From contig NC_088853.1 in the NCBI RefSeq assembly GCF_963853765.1, positions 3,224,001 through 3,288,000 of the forward strand: 64,000 nt of DNA. The letters are read 5' to 3'. Made by a program: the position numbers and the translations under genes. Numbering within the stretch: position 1 is the stretch's first letter; every line of letters begins with the position of its first letter. This DNA comes from Magallana gigas (taxonomy: Eukaryota). The notes under the pieces are model-generated. The model was not told the DNA's origin, made no database searches, and was given only the letters and a program-made list of their open reading frames with translations. Positions 44,701-58,614 of the stretch are shown here, in pieces.

Positions 44701-46801
44701 TACTTCGATGGTTGGCCTTTATTGTGACATCTCAGATCAGTAATAATATCTGGATCCTCCATTTCAAAGGCTTGGTATACACGTGCATCTATCTCTTTCT
44801 GATCAGCTGTTTCAGCTTCTGCAGAATCACCAGAAAGTTGCTTGTAAATGAAGCGTGCATCTTTTGCTTTTAAATTACAAATGAGAGATGCTTTCCGAAT
44901 AAAGCTTCTACGCATAGCTCTTGTGTGGTAACTTGGTAATTCTTGTTTCAAAAGCTGTATGACTTCTGTATTTTTGGCAACAGCATCCGCTTCTTCAACA
45001 TTGGGAGAAATTCGCCAAATGAAATTATGTGACCCAAGGTTATTACCGGTAGAAAATGTCAGATGCATACACTTGTATGGTAATCCAGATTTGAGATGGT
45101 CTAAGTAATAACGTCTCTGTCTGGTGGATTCTGGTGTATATTCATCTACACAAATTGGCTTGTACTCTTCTGTATTTCTAAGATGATCTACTAATGCCTT
45201 GTACCTTGAAACAATACCAGGTTTCACAATATATTTTGGATAAATAAGTTCAATACTCTGTCCTTCATCCGGGCTGCGCACAGGAAACATTTTTGCTCTA
45301 TTTTCCTCCATCCTATTGGCTGCTTTTTCCAAGTAATCTGAATAATTGTGGAGACTTTCAGACAGTTGAGTCAAGGCATTTTTGAATGAAAACCACATTG
45401 GTCCACTCATATATGGCTGTTCAATACATCTATCAAGGCATGAAGCAAGATGAAGAACAGAAGAATTTTCTAATTGAAGTTTCTTGTGTTTATGATTCTC
45501 AGGAATGTTGTACCCTATGAGATGTTCAAACAGAAAAAGAACATAAAAACTTCTTTCTCTCAAAGTATCAATATGTGGGTCAATGGTCCAAATGCAGTTT
45601 GTTATGGTTTGAATCAGTGTTTTGCCTTGGTCGAAATTGGTTGGTGTAAACCCTAATCCTGCCTTTTGCAGCATTTGTAAAACTCTGTTGTATAACACCC
45701 TCTTGTTGTTAACGATATCTCCATCTGCTGCATATGGTTCTGGTAAAGACAGCTTTCGAGCACCAGATATCAGAACTTCAAATGCATTCCTTTTGGCCTT
45801 ACCTGTCAATAAGGATTTTTAAAAACTTTACATATGGCATTGTAAATTACATTTACAGAGAATGTACTCATAACTTTCGCTATTAAAATCAGTTTTTTTT
45901 CTTGTGGTGCAAATATTTCAATGAATATTTAATAGTGGTGCTATTCAATTTTATATTTTTTCTAAAATTTAATACGAATATTCTTTTCTGCCTCAAATCA
46001 TCACATAAAATCAGGAAAATACCCAACTACAATGGTGTGAAAATATGCCCAAAATATCGTGAAATATTAAGCATATATATAAAATATGATTTTTCACACT
46101 AACTAAATACATAGTACTGTACGTACCAGATTCAGCGCCAGAATCCTCCGTTCCCGATTCCGAAGGCATTTCACAAGCGGTGCTTCTCTTTTGGTCTTTA
46201 TCTTCTACAAGGTTGAATCTCACATAATGACCAAACAACGATACTGTTTGGACAACATTCATATTTGCCATCACATTGTCAAACGCGTCAGTCTTTGATT
46301 TTCCAACAGAAACTGTTATCGGCAAATCTCGCAGTTTTTCCGGGAAAACCCAAGTCCCGAGGTCAATGGAGCCGTTCTTTATGGATTGAAAGAGTTCTAA
46401 CATAGTACATCCCTCGGAAAACCCACCAACTATATGCCAGGGAAGCAAAACAGTTGATCCCTTCCGAATTTGGGCCGAAATTAATACCATCGTGGTCAAA
46501 CTGAAACAAACCTTTCGATCTGACCGCCATTTGCATTGCAATGCTTATCTGTTTACTCGGAACTCCAAGGTCGCACACTTTACCTTAGCGTAATGGAGTC
46601 GGCCGAGGATTACCGATTGAGTTTTAGTGATTCTAAAATACGATCGGGATGCGGTCGTCGAATTCCGGAATTTTTTTTTTCAGTCGATCTGCGCACGAGA
46701 GAATTTTTATTTTATTCATTTGATGATAAAAATGGGTAATGCGCATTGTTAAAAGACATGCGGGCGGGCCTGAGAACCAAGTTATTAATTTTTTTTAGGC
46801 C
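41791..46801 (-). mobile_element. Zator DNA transposon (TP36-like transposase), apparently complete
   Basis: TAA TSD on both sides, ~34-bp imperfect TIR starting GGCC, transposase inside. Confidence 0.85.
41981..46490 (-). CDS. Zator transposase, 5 exons (~46490-46127, 45802-43695, 43562-43390, 42804-42647, 42546-41981), about 1120 aa
   Basis: MDDKH.CKVG, DHDF, TDGGPDH, SWRNPPERIMS DDE-type motifs; all four GT-AG introns keep the frame; C-terminal CxxC clusters; start codon uncertain. Confidence 0.8.
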
Positions 46802-49012
46802 TAACTACTAATATTTTGTTCTGAAGAGTTAAAAATATATAATGCATTCATCAATAATATAATCTTTCAGCTTCAAACATTATCATAAGCACTACTTATC
46901 TTATATCTACATATTTAGCATAGACTTGTTCCTTTTTTAATTTTTCTTCGTTATTTTTATTAATTAAAAAATTGATCCCAAGATATTTGAGCCCATGTAA
47001 AATAAAGAAAGACAACTCTTAAACAGGATCTTTCATACCAAGATTTTTGCAATAATTAAGTATTTCCATAAATTTTTCAATTTTATTCAATTTCTTTTCT
47101 TCATCCCATTCACCAACAAATATTGTTTATATTTTCAGGTTTTTGTGGGATTTTGTCCAGCAGTTTTCCTTAAAAGAATTTTTTTATATTGTAGTTTCAT
47201 ATTTATGTGGATTCCAATAAAAATCATACAAACTTCATTCATGATTTTTTTTTCATTTCTAAATTTAATATCATTTCACTTTCATAAGAATTTTAAAACA
47301 GAAATGTTTAAAAATTTGATAAATAAGGGGTTATCTGGAACCAGACTGATATTTTAAAAAAATCTCTAGAAAATAGTGTATTGTATTTTGAGGTCTATTA
47401 TTGTTGAATACTGTGCCTAGTATTGTTAACAAATGCATGCAACAAAAATCTCCTACACTTATTTGGTGTAGAGATCCACCTTTAGAAAATTTTCAGCAAT
47501 ATTACAAAACCTTATCAGCGAATATTCATCACTATTTCATCACTATTATATTACCTCTGTAATTTATCAAAAATGAAAAGAAGTACAAATGAATAGGATT
47601 TTCAATCAAATTTAATTTATTCATATTTTTTTAAATATACATTTTTCCCACATCACTTATCTGCCTCTCCCTGAAACTTCTTTAAATGTCCTTGCTTGTT
47701 GTGCAGTTCTTTTACCATCCTGAAACAGAAATACAGGAATTTATGATTTATTTAACATGTTAAATATTTATTTAACATGTTTAATATGTTAGATTAACGA
47801 AGATATATGACCATATTTCATTCTTATTTGTTATTGATGAAAAAGAAGATTACATGTTATGTATTTGTTATTTCTAAATTTTGGACACTTCGTATTGATT
47901 TTTTATATTATTAATATTATTTATTAATTTATGATTTAGGCAATTTTAAATTTGCAAAATTATTGAGAACAATAAAATAAACACTTTTCTTTTTTAAAAT
48001 ATTTCTTATAGGCCTAGTTTTCCTCCATTTGACCCTGACAATATATTGAAGGGAGATGATTGTGGTGCCTCCAGCTTGACAACAGTCGATTCTAAGTCGG
48101 TTAATCTTAACATCACACCAACAGAAGAGGCACAGCCGAAGAGAAGTAGAAAAAGAAAATTATTTCAAGGTGGAGAAAACATTGTCGCGGTAACTACAAA
48201 ACAAAATTTATTGCTTTGAATTTTTTTTCATAAATTTAAAAAGACAATGGCACTGCACCGATTGTTTATACAAGTTATAAAATATTCCCCAAAATATATT
48301 TACCTTTAATGATTTAAGACACTATATATATATAATTTTTTTAGATAAATTTGAGACACATGCACAGAAAAAAATGATATAAAACAATAAACAAAAGTTA
48401 TTATTATGTTTCCGGGAGGGGGGGGTTAACTGTGTAATTTTAATGGACCAAGGTAATAAGTCCGACTCTGTACAGCCTGATTTTACCAATCACGCACAGC
48501 CACTTAAAACTACTGCTGTCAACCCCAAATATCTCACTCCAACATCTAGAGTTACTTCATATACACGGACAGTCTCATTATCACCAACTCAAACTTAAAA
48601 CACCAAACAGTGATTTGCCAAAGACATTTCGGGAACTATATTAACACATCTTCCTTTTATGATTATTATTTTTAATTAAAAGGAAAGCAGCAGTTATTTT
48701 GTACAATGTTTTGTAAAAAAGAAGCAAGATGATTTCAAATAACTGATTCTTGTTTATAAATGATATTGAATGTGTGACACCTTGTTTGAATAAATTTGAA
48801 TGACCATTTAAATACATAAATGGTCTTTATGAAAACTCTGATACAAAAGGAAGATCGTAATGCTGCTACTGTAAGATGCCGCTCATAAATAGGCAACGTC
48901 GTACAGGTTTGTTTAGTCAAATACTTAGTTGAACGCGTTTATAATGAACGCGGGTTGTTGATGTAAAAGCTGTTGAGTCACGGCAAAATTTCAGTAATAT
49001 TTAAGGTAACAT

Positions 49013-49126
49013 CAGAGGCGAGTTCAACAGAGCAAGCGTTCGCGAGCGCTCGCCAAAATTCCCTATACCCGCAACACAAATTTTGGCGAGCGATCGCGAG
49101 CGTTCGCTCTGTTGAACACGCCTCTG
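49013..49126. mobile_element. 114-bp near-perfect hairpin (MITE-like)
   Basis: CAGAGGCG.GTTCAACAGAGC...GCTCTGTTGAAC.CGCCTCTG with ~45-bp arms; no TSD seen. Confidence 0.6.
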
Positions 49127-50960
49127 GGTTAGGGTTAGGTTTCCTCTAAAATTAAGACAGTCAGTACAATAAAATAAATAGCGCCTGTTTAGGACGGTAA
49201 CAGTTGAAACTGGCACCCAGAGAAAACCATTGTCAACCGATGCGAACAGGTGAAATATATTGTTAACTTGGGCTTGGTTGTCTTGTGAGTTAGCAAATAC
49301 TTATCTCCAGTGCTTTAGGCTGGAACATTCTAGCATTTCCCAACAAACAATGGCGGAGAAACAAGAAAAAAGTGAAGGACGGAAGTTTATATGTTTACAT
49401 TTCAGGTAATGAGTTTAATCGTAGTATAAAACTTTAGATTTATTCATATCTTTTATGCTAATGTTTTGGTAATGGTAAAAATCAAAAGTGTTTCTTGCTC
49501 AAATCGCGTACCACATTTTTTTTTACCAGTATTTATTGCTAGCGCTCTCGAGCGCTAGCAACTACGTTAGTCCTTTTCACTAGAATACGCATGCTCGACT
49601 CCATAGTAGGGGATTCTGGGAATACTGTACTACTGTAGATAAACTGTACCATTTTAATTTCGTTTTATCATCTTCACGTGAAGTTTTGTGTTTTATCGTT
49701 AATGCCAAAAAGTAACAGTAGCTTCGGTCTTATAATGCAAAGTTATTTTCAATATTATAATAAATAACATCTAGCTAGCTTTATCTTAAATTCCTTCAAG
49801 TTCGGAAGACAACTTCGGATATGTTTTCCGAGCTTGCCGGAAAGGCCCGAGAAGATACGATTGCTACAAAACAGTGCCAATGGTTCCCCCAAAAAATTAA
49901 CTCGAAATTGAAATTACAGGAGATACATTATGAGTAAGGCACAGACAATGAGCTATGTCATTGCCGATGTGTAGCCCACTCTAGATTCACAATTTCAAAT
50001 TTAGACCCTACTCCAGCACAATTCCTGTACACCACTATGCCTTCCTATTGTTAATAAATCGATTCAGAAATTTTAAACCAATGTTTTAGAAATCTGCTTC
50101 TGTGTTTTATGATTGCTACAGCGCTAGCTCACCAATCTTTTTTAAAAGATAAACTTGTTCTATATACACTACTACTTATTGGCTGTGTGTGGCACCGCCG
50201 CCATACATTTAAGGTTTGTTAATATGCCATATTTGTATTACATGCAAAGTGTTTATTATGAATCTTTTTTGTTTCTTTGTATGTCTATTTGTAATATGAA
50301 TTACTTTGTTTATATTTTATTGCCAATAAATTTAACATTTAATAAAATTGAAGAACTAAAACAGTAAAAAGCAATTTGATTTATTACATTTGCTATTTTT
50401 AAAATGCAATGTTTTATATGTTTTTTAAGTAATACAATGTTTCTTTCATATATTGCAAATAAGGGTTCACGGAGTCGACCAATCTTGGCAAAGATATAAT
50501 TAAATACAGCATGCATGGTTACTGTAGGTTACTATTATACACGTTTTTGTTGTCTTAGACAAATCAAAGAACGCAGAGAAAACCTAGGGCTTACTCAGAG
50601 ACTCAGGTGGCAACAAGAGAGTAACGGCGAAAAAAAATTCGAAAACGAGACCCCCATCGTAGATTTTCGTTTTATCATCCCCGTATCACCACAACGGCCA
50701 ACAAAGTTTGGAAAAAGTTAGCCATACAAATGTGTTGTTACGTTTACCTGCCAACGTGTTCATAGTATCCAATGTATACTTTGTTCTCCAATTAAATCGA
50801 ATAAATAAAATATTAGCCATTGCTCCTCGTTCGGCATACTACACATCCTTCTATATAGGAATATAACTTTTTGTACAAATTTGATATGTAGTAAAGTGAC
50901 AAAAATCAGTAAATATTTCCTGATGCTGTAACTAAGGGATGCACATTCCATTGGTGACAG

Positions 50961-51722
50961 GCCGTACGGAGGCACATCCAGGAGCTGGGTCTTGCAGCCA
51001 CGTACATGAAGAGGGAGGCTACTCATCGCTACCTGAACCAGCTTAAGGCTTTACCCTTCTTACCTGCACCAGACATCTCCGCCGCATTCCAGACATTGAA
51101 GGAGAGAGCCAACACAGAGCCACTCCAGTCCCTTGTGAACTACATCGACAGACAGTGGATGAACCATTCCGTCTTCCACCCATAATCATGGACTGTCTAC
51201 CACCAACCCCTCAGGACCAACAATGCTGTAGAAGGTGATTATATTGCAAATATGTTTTTGTAATAATAATTTGGTTATTTTTGGAAAATGAATTTAAACA
51301 TTGTGTTCTAGAGATAAACATACAAGTATTTATTTTAAAAGAAAGTAAAATGACATTTAACAATAACTGCATATAATTATTAATCTGATTCTTTTTGTAT
51401 TTTTAGAAACTGTCATTAATGAAAATAATTTGTATTTATTAAAGGTTGGCATCACAGGGTCAAGGGCAAAGCTGGACATCGGGGATGCATCTTTTACAAG
51501 CTTGTCCCTCTTCTGCATGAGGCAAAGTTGGTGAAGACTCGTGTGTCCAGCGAGAGCCTCTTCCGGGATGTTAGGCAATCGTCATCTGTAACCCAGAAGA
51601 AACTGACGGAGGCCTGGGAGCAGTACGATGCAGGAAAGAGGTCCACTGGACATTTACTACGGTTATGCGGGGCCGTGAATGCTCCTTGTGAGCGACACCG
51701 ACAGTGCAAAGTGTGCGAGTGA
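50961..51722 (+). pseudogene. MULE/Mutator-like transposase C-terminal relic (exons 50961-51234 and 51445-51722)
   Basis: AVRRHIQELGL...LKALPFLP...YIDRQW...*SW.VY..RTNNAVE|GWH motif with an in-frame stop. Confidence 0.8.
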
Positions 51723-52272
51723 CACCCACAGTGCAAAGTGTATGTGTTTCCACCTCATAGTGGACTCTATCACTAGTGCTTTTGACTCCAATAGTGCAAA
51801 GTGTACGGTTTACCTCCTCAATGTGAACAATAGACTATCACTAGTGCTTTTTTCAATATGTACTAATATACATTGATGTGTTTTCTCTATATTTTCTATG
51901 TCTTTTATATTCCAATAAATCTATAATAGTTTACATGTCTCTTCTGTTCACCATATATTTTAGTTAAAGAGAAATTGATCGTAAAGATCACAACAGCACA
52001 ATTATCTATATTTATGCAAGACCACCCTTGACTTTAATTATTGCATTTATCACCATATTGTGATAAATGTTTTAATTCCTGTGCAAGCAAAACAACTCTG
52101 CATCATTGTTCAATTCAAACGTCCCTGAGACTATGATCTTGGCATATACACATTGTTCATATGACTAAGCCTCTAATAGATACAGATTTATTAGACAACG
52201 GTTACAAGGCAGACAAACAGCTTAGAAAATTTCAGAGCGATACGAAATTTAAATCGGTCGCCATCAAGTCAA

Positions 52273-53940
52273 ATGCCTCCTAAAAAACAAAAGAAAGGCA
52301 ACCAAAACGTTCGGGGGAACCCGGCGAAACGGATTAGAAGGCTGAGCCGAAGGAGTATCGAGGCTACATCAGCTGCGAGCGAGACCAGTGATGCACATGA
52401 CCATGCGCTCCTGCATCAAACAGCGGAGGAGAGACGATCAACGTCAACCTGGATCATCTACCTTCAGCACCACAGGTCATTCCACAGTCGTCATCGCATC
52501 GCTAAGACCCCAGTAGACAGTCCGCCCTCAGGGTCAGTTACCAACGGACCAAAGTCTGCAGCACAGTGTGGGCACCTCAGCCACAGGTACAACCATTAAT
52601 TTTAGTCCGGGTGCATTGTCTGTTCAAAATTCTGCATTTAATCAGTCGAGTGTAGGCTCTGTCGTGGAGAACAAGTGTATTGGGGGTCTCATTACTGGGG
52701 AACAGGTGCAGGTTTGTTGGCCTACCGCAGAGATGAGCATTGGTGACCCCATTGGAAGTCACGTGCCCGTAGCCATCCGCGAAAAGATATGAGCGGGGGC
52801 CTACATTGATTTACCAATTATTGTTGAAACAGGTCCGTGACTTACGGACAGACCCTCGCATTACAGGGGAACTCGTGATTAAAAATGTTCAACTTGTCAT
52901 CGAAAAACACCACCTTAAGCTTATCAACAACATAAACACCTGGACAACTGCATTCACAATTTTCATGGCCATTTATCTCGAAAAGTCCCCGGGTAAAGCC
53001 CAAGATATGCTTAAATACATGCATAACATCCGATTGGCAGCTGGTAGGCAGGGTCATCTGGGGTGGGCGAAATATGATAAGCAATTTAGATTGAAAATGG
53101 AACGCCATCCAACATTATCATGGGGGGTTGTAGATGTCAAGTTGTGGATCATGTTTATCTCACCTGGGCAATTACAACAGTCACCTTCACACTCTTCTGA
53201 CAGATACACCAGGGGAGGTAATAATGGGCCTAGTTACATCTTTCGTAATGCCACGGGGACCCGAAGCCAAGCCCAGTACCCGGGGCTCAACTCTTAGGGG
53301 GCTGGGGCAGGATACAAACCCAAAGTACTTGTAAGCTATCTAAGCCAATCGGCAACTGCTATGCCTTTAATAAGGGGTCCTGCTCTTTCAACCCCTGCAG
53401 GTTTAGACACAAATGCGAACATTGCGGAGGACCCCACACTCAAACCAATTGCCCGAGGCAAAACTAAGTCTGTCAGGTGCATCCCCCTGTATTGTCTGGG
53501 TTCAACACCCATTGTTTATAATAACCTATGTATTGAGTTAGATTCATACCCGTTTCAGAATGACAAACTTCAAAAAAATTAAAAGGTTTCAAATTTGGTT
53601 TTCCATTACAGAATGCCGGACCAAGAATTCATTATGAAGCAAAAAACCTTAAATCAGCCAGCGATGCTCCTCATATAGTGCCGCAAAAGCTAGATAAGGA
53701 GGTTAGCTTAGGTAGGATGGCTGGTCCTTTTGATGAAATTCCTTTCCCAACATTTAGAGTTTCACCTGTTGGCCTTGTACCTAAGAAGGATGGGGATTTT
53801 CGTCTTATCCATCACCTCTTCTACCCAGATTTTAACTCGGCTAACTATTATGTTGACCAAACATTTGCAAGGTTAAATATAGTAACACAGATGAAGCTGT
53901 ACTGATAATCCAGTTACTGGGGCAGGGTATCTTGAGCTAG
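52273..53940 (+). mobile_element. Degenerate DIRS-like (tyrosine-recombinase) retrotransposon 5' fragment: gag plus start of RT
   Basis: W..AF.IF..IY...Y...IR.AA....GW..YD.QFR gag motif; KEVSLGRMAGPF...RVSPVGLVPKKDGDFRLIHHL RT start; many stops and frameshifts. Confidence 0.8.
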
Positions 53941-54988
53941 TCATAATATATATTTTTGTATATAATTTTATCTGTGTGTTAATCGAAATCCAGTGTAAAA
54001 AAGAATTTCTTCAAGGCATTACTACATAATTAAGAAAACATTGCAAGTTATATGAACATTATACATAATTAATTAAAATCACGGAGAATTGGCAAAAAAT
54101 TATTTCACTACCAACATGACAAATATTCATAAAGGCATAAAGAAAGCAATGTAAGTAATGTTAAAATTTTACATAACTAAGTGAATTCACGGATATATAT
54201 TGGCTTCCGGAAAATTGGCTTAAAATGCCTACACTACACTAATGTTATAAAAGGCATTAATTTAGACAGCTCGATTAGGTGAAATCACGTTAATTTTAAA
54301 TTATTCCATAAAACACAACGTTAGCAATTATTTGGGGTTAGCTTAGATCGATAAATACAGGTAATCCTTGATCGTTAATAATATTTATAAAATATATTGT
54401 AAAGGGGCGAAACCACTCAGTGCGAACAAGTGATCTGAGCGAAACCACCCGTTACCGTAAAGATCCTAGAATTAGTAACTAGGACTTTGCCGTTCAATGG
54501 ATAACACATTAACGATAAGAATTATTTAAGCCAGTTATAATCCACTTAGTGTAAAATCTATGTACGTGACCTGATACATCGTACTGCAATGTCAACTTTT
54601 ATCTAAATTGTATTTTAAAAATCATATTCATTCATTCATTTTTTAGCACTATATGGTAGTCAACACACGGGGCGTACGTTGGTATGAAATGCGTGTTGTC
54701 GACAAGCTCGCGCCTCGCCGACAAATCATTACTGAGGTCATAGCTGACAGCTTTTATCTGTCTGACCGATACACGCTGGCCATTTTCACGATCAGGCAAC
54801 GGAAGCTCGAGCTCTCAGGCAACCAAATTAAACGTAAAAGTTAACCATGCGTCATCTTCAATGCAAAAGATAACTCGCTCGTTCTACTTTGGCAAATAAT
54901 TCAACGTACAGGTTAACAATGCTCTATGTTCGTTATGAAAAGTAACTTGCACGTATTTAATTTGATTAAATAAAAAATGAGGGTATTT

Positions 54989-55225
54989 TGGGGATTGAAC
55001 CCTGGCCGCTGGAACTGATGACTACTGTATTTTCCAGTAGGCTACGGATGCTTATGTAACAAAGTGTGTTTTTTATTACATCATATAATTACTGTTAGTT
55101 AATCTATAGGAAAATGGTTTTAACATTGATGTGAATTAGTATTATTTTGATAATGAAAATGCAATGTACTTTTCATATAGTGTTCTGATATTTATCAGTT
55201 TCAGCGGCCAGGGTTCAATCCACAG
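54989..55225. repeat. Inverted pair of ~30-bp tRNA-T-arm-like (SINE-derived) segments
   Basis: GGGATTGAACCCTGGCCGCTGGAACTGAT at 54990 and its reverse complement at ~55195. Confidence 0.45.
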
Positions 55226-55291
55226 AAGAACCTCATTTTTTGGGGATGAGGCAAACCAGTTCATACAAACTATATGCATTGATTCACTACT

Positions 55292-55294
<3 letters not shown>

Positions 55295-55328
<34 letters not shown>
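55295..55328. repeat. (GA)n microsatellite
   Basis: Directly visible. Confidence 0.95.
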
Positions 55329-55329
<1 letters not shown>

Positions 55330-55813
55330 GCAATGTACGCTTGATGGCACATCCAAGAGGTTGACAAAAGTAGAAGCTAAATGTACTTTTCAGTGTTTAG
55401 ATTGCCCTATATTGGCGTTACCACCCCTGAGTAACAGACACAGTCCCAAAACGACAAAGATAGACGAACTCCGCAATTTCGGACCGAACGTTAAAGCTGA
55501 CATGAATTCATAAATACGCATTATGTCCCTTTTATCTCCGACTACCGCCATATTAGTCGTCGATTTCTATTGTTCTGCTCATCGCTACACACCCCCTATA
55601 TGAAGCCGAGAGCACTATTCATGCTCTACCGCATGCAGGAATTTCAACACCCGAACACGTTACCTTGGACGAAAAGACTAAAAGTTGTAAATCGTCGATA
55701 AACATTGCTCTTTTCTTACTCGAACCTAGGTTATAAACACTTGGACTGCAACAAACTGAATGTAACGAAAACATCGATATCATGGATACCCCTAACAAGT
55801 TCTACTATACCAT

Positions 55814-56491
55814 CAGGTCCAGTACAATCTCCAGATTTAGCTATATAGCTTGAATAAGCTAAATAGCTTTATTAAGCTATTCAGAGTAGCTTCATTTAGC
55901 TATTTTGTCATACATTTTTCTTAAATTTGTAATTTTATCAGTATGTATAAAAAATCGCACTTTAGTCCAGTGATAGTTTTCAACTTTAAACTGTTCTGTG
56001 AACAATGCATGTAAAGATTACTCATCAACTTGCGTCTCCTTAAGAGACTTTGCACTAAAAGTTTTTGGGCAACTGATTCATGACCACACAGTTACTTTTT
56101 GAATGAAATATAAAGGAGGTCAGTTATGGTAAACAAGATAATTGATTGGTAATAATTTATCACAATGAGAAGAAATCATACTTATCCACGCGCACGTTTC
56201 ATTGCACACAAAGTGGTAAACAGTAACCCAAACAATGGAAATATATTGTTTGCTTATAAGTGTTAAAAAGCTGCAGTGTTAAAACTATCGTTAATTGTGG
56301 TCAAGTTTATAATGGTCAATTGTGCAAATATGAGTAGCAAGTTAATTGTGATTTTTTGTCCATTTCTTACAATAAATATTTTCTTCAAAAACTGCACATA
56401 AATAGCTTTATTAAGCTATTTTGAATAGCTTTAAAAAGCTATATAGCTTATTCAAGCTATATAGCTAAATTAAGAGATTGTACTGGACCTG
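55814..56491. mobile_element. MITE, 678 bp, with TIRs CAGGTCCAGTACAATCTC and AGCT-rich subterminal repeats
   Basis: Inverted ends at 55814 and 56491; second copy at 30658-31053; no clear TSD. Confidence 0.8.
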
Positions 56492-56547
56492 ACGATACCG
56501 GTATTCATGATAGAGTGTTCAATATGTTATTCCACATATTGTAAATT

Positions 56548-58614
56548 TTTTTTTTTTTTTTTTATCTTTTTTTTTTTTATTTCACATTGCAAATCAGCCC
56601 ATTAACATAACCCAACTATCTCGGGCAAAGATAGTTAGTCATACAGTTATATTACATGTATTATAACAATTACAGCATATCTGCAAATTTCACAATATTA
56701 ATTTTAAACATTTGTATTTTTGACATATTTACAAGTACATCGATATTGTATCTGATATTGTTTTTCAAATATAAAACTAATTCATTATATGTCTCTGTTT
56801 TCTTTTGAGATCTACAACACATTTTATATTTAAATATCTTGTAAGCTATGAATGACACAATAGTATTAAAATAGCGTATTTTTGTATTTCTCTCAAAATA
56901 AAAACCCAAAATAACATGTTTCCACTGTATATCAAATCCTATAATTAAGCTTAAAGTTGACCATATCATCTTAACATGTTCACACTCAAAAATCAAATGT
57001 TTTACATCTTCATTTTCGCTACACATATTACAAGAAGCAGAAGACCTATATTTGCATTTAAAAAGAAAGCTGTTACAGCACACTGTATTGTTCAGCATTT
57101 TGTAGTTAAATTCACATATTCGTTTGTCATATATATCTTTTACTTTGTTTTTGTATATGTCATTCCAATATTCTTTTCCCACTGAAAACAGTCTTTTAAA
57201 CAATGCCTGGTGACAGGGAGGTTTGAATTTTTTGAACAATAAATTTTCGTAAAAAAATTTACATTTCTTGTCTTCAATACAATGTAAACCATTAATAAAA
57301 AGAAAATCACAATTGGATACTTTTTGTATATATTGACAACATTTCATATCAAATGTTAAAGATTTTTTATATATTGCATTTCTAACTATTCTATATTCAC
57401 ACATCCAGTTAGCTTTTTGTTTTAGAGTACATGACAATTCTTGAGGCGTTTTGAATTGGCCATCAGCATTAAAAAGATCCTTTACATACAATATGCCGCT
57501 TTGAATCCATCTTTTATGACAGATTGTTTTATTATCAAATTGAAATAAAATATTGTTCCAAATTGGTTGTTTAGCAAAATTTATATCAGATAATTTATTA
57601 ATGTCAATGGTTTTTTTACAATCATTGAAACTACAAAATACTTCTCTATAAAAAATAGGAAGTTTAACAATTATTTCAAAATTTGAGTTATTAGTCTCCG
57701 ATACGTTTAATACATAATTGATATCTACATTTAAAATTCTTAGATAACTATCAACTATTTTGTTAATTATGCATGTTTTGTCAATCAATATTCTACACCA
57801 TGCAGCTTTCAAGGCCTTAAACTTCGACTCAATATCAACAACTCCTATACCGCCTTCTTCTTGCCTTCCAATTACAGTATCTCTTTTTATTCTATCTCTT
57901 TTATTCCAAATGAAATTAAATATACTCTTTTTCAGTTGTTTAATATACTCAGGGTCAGGCATGGGTAAAATAGAACCCACATAAATTATTTTAGATATAG
58001 CTAGTGAATTAACAATGCATGCTTTTCCAAATATAGTTAATTTTCTTTTTTTCCAGGACTCGAACAGTTTTTCCATATTTTGAAAAGAGTGTAACCAATT
58101 AAGTTCATAGCATTGATTTTTGTTATGTCCAATGTAAATACCCAAACATCTAACAGCATCGTTGGTTACATCTATGCCGCTAATATTATTATATTTGTCT
58201 TTTAAACTACCAAGTAGTATACACTGCGTTTTGTTTATATTAACTTTTGATCCAGCGTGTTTACAGAATTCTTCTACAGTCCTTATTGCAACATTTAAAG
58301 AAGAAATATTTTTCAAGGCTAAAGTGACATCATCCGCATGTTGTATAGTTTTTAAATCGTCTACCATGTTTGATATATTTATTCCTTGAATTTCTGAATT
58401 GTGTTTTAATTTATAAGCCAATATTTCCGCGACAAACAGATATAGAAGTGCTGAGATAGGACACCCTTGTCTTATGCCTCTTTTCATTTTGCAAGTTTTA
58501 GAAATCCATCCATTGTTCTTAACTCTAAAAATTGGATTTGTGTAAAGAATTTTGACCCATGAAATAAAATTTTCCCCAAAATTAAATTGTTTTAAAACTC
58601 GAAAAAGGATTGTA
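56548..58614 (-). mobile_element. 5'-truncated L1/Tx1-clade LINE (ORF2 RT and C-terminal CCHC), poly(A) tail, 12-bp TSD
   Basis: RGIRQGCPIS, QHADDV, YLG-like CLGIY, CNMC..EDVKHLIFEC; poly-T at 56546-56580; TSD ATATTGTAAATT at 56536-56547 and 58615-58626. Confidence 0.92.

Noticed and set aside
47660-49410. Isolated exon-like pieces (47660-47722, 48050-48190, 49351-49406)
   Set aside because: Cannot be joined into a consistent gene; mixed strands
54989-55225. tRNA gene
   Set aside because: Only a T-arm-like GGTTCAATCC fragment, with no cloverleaf
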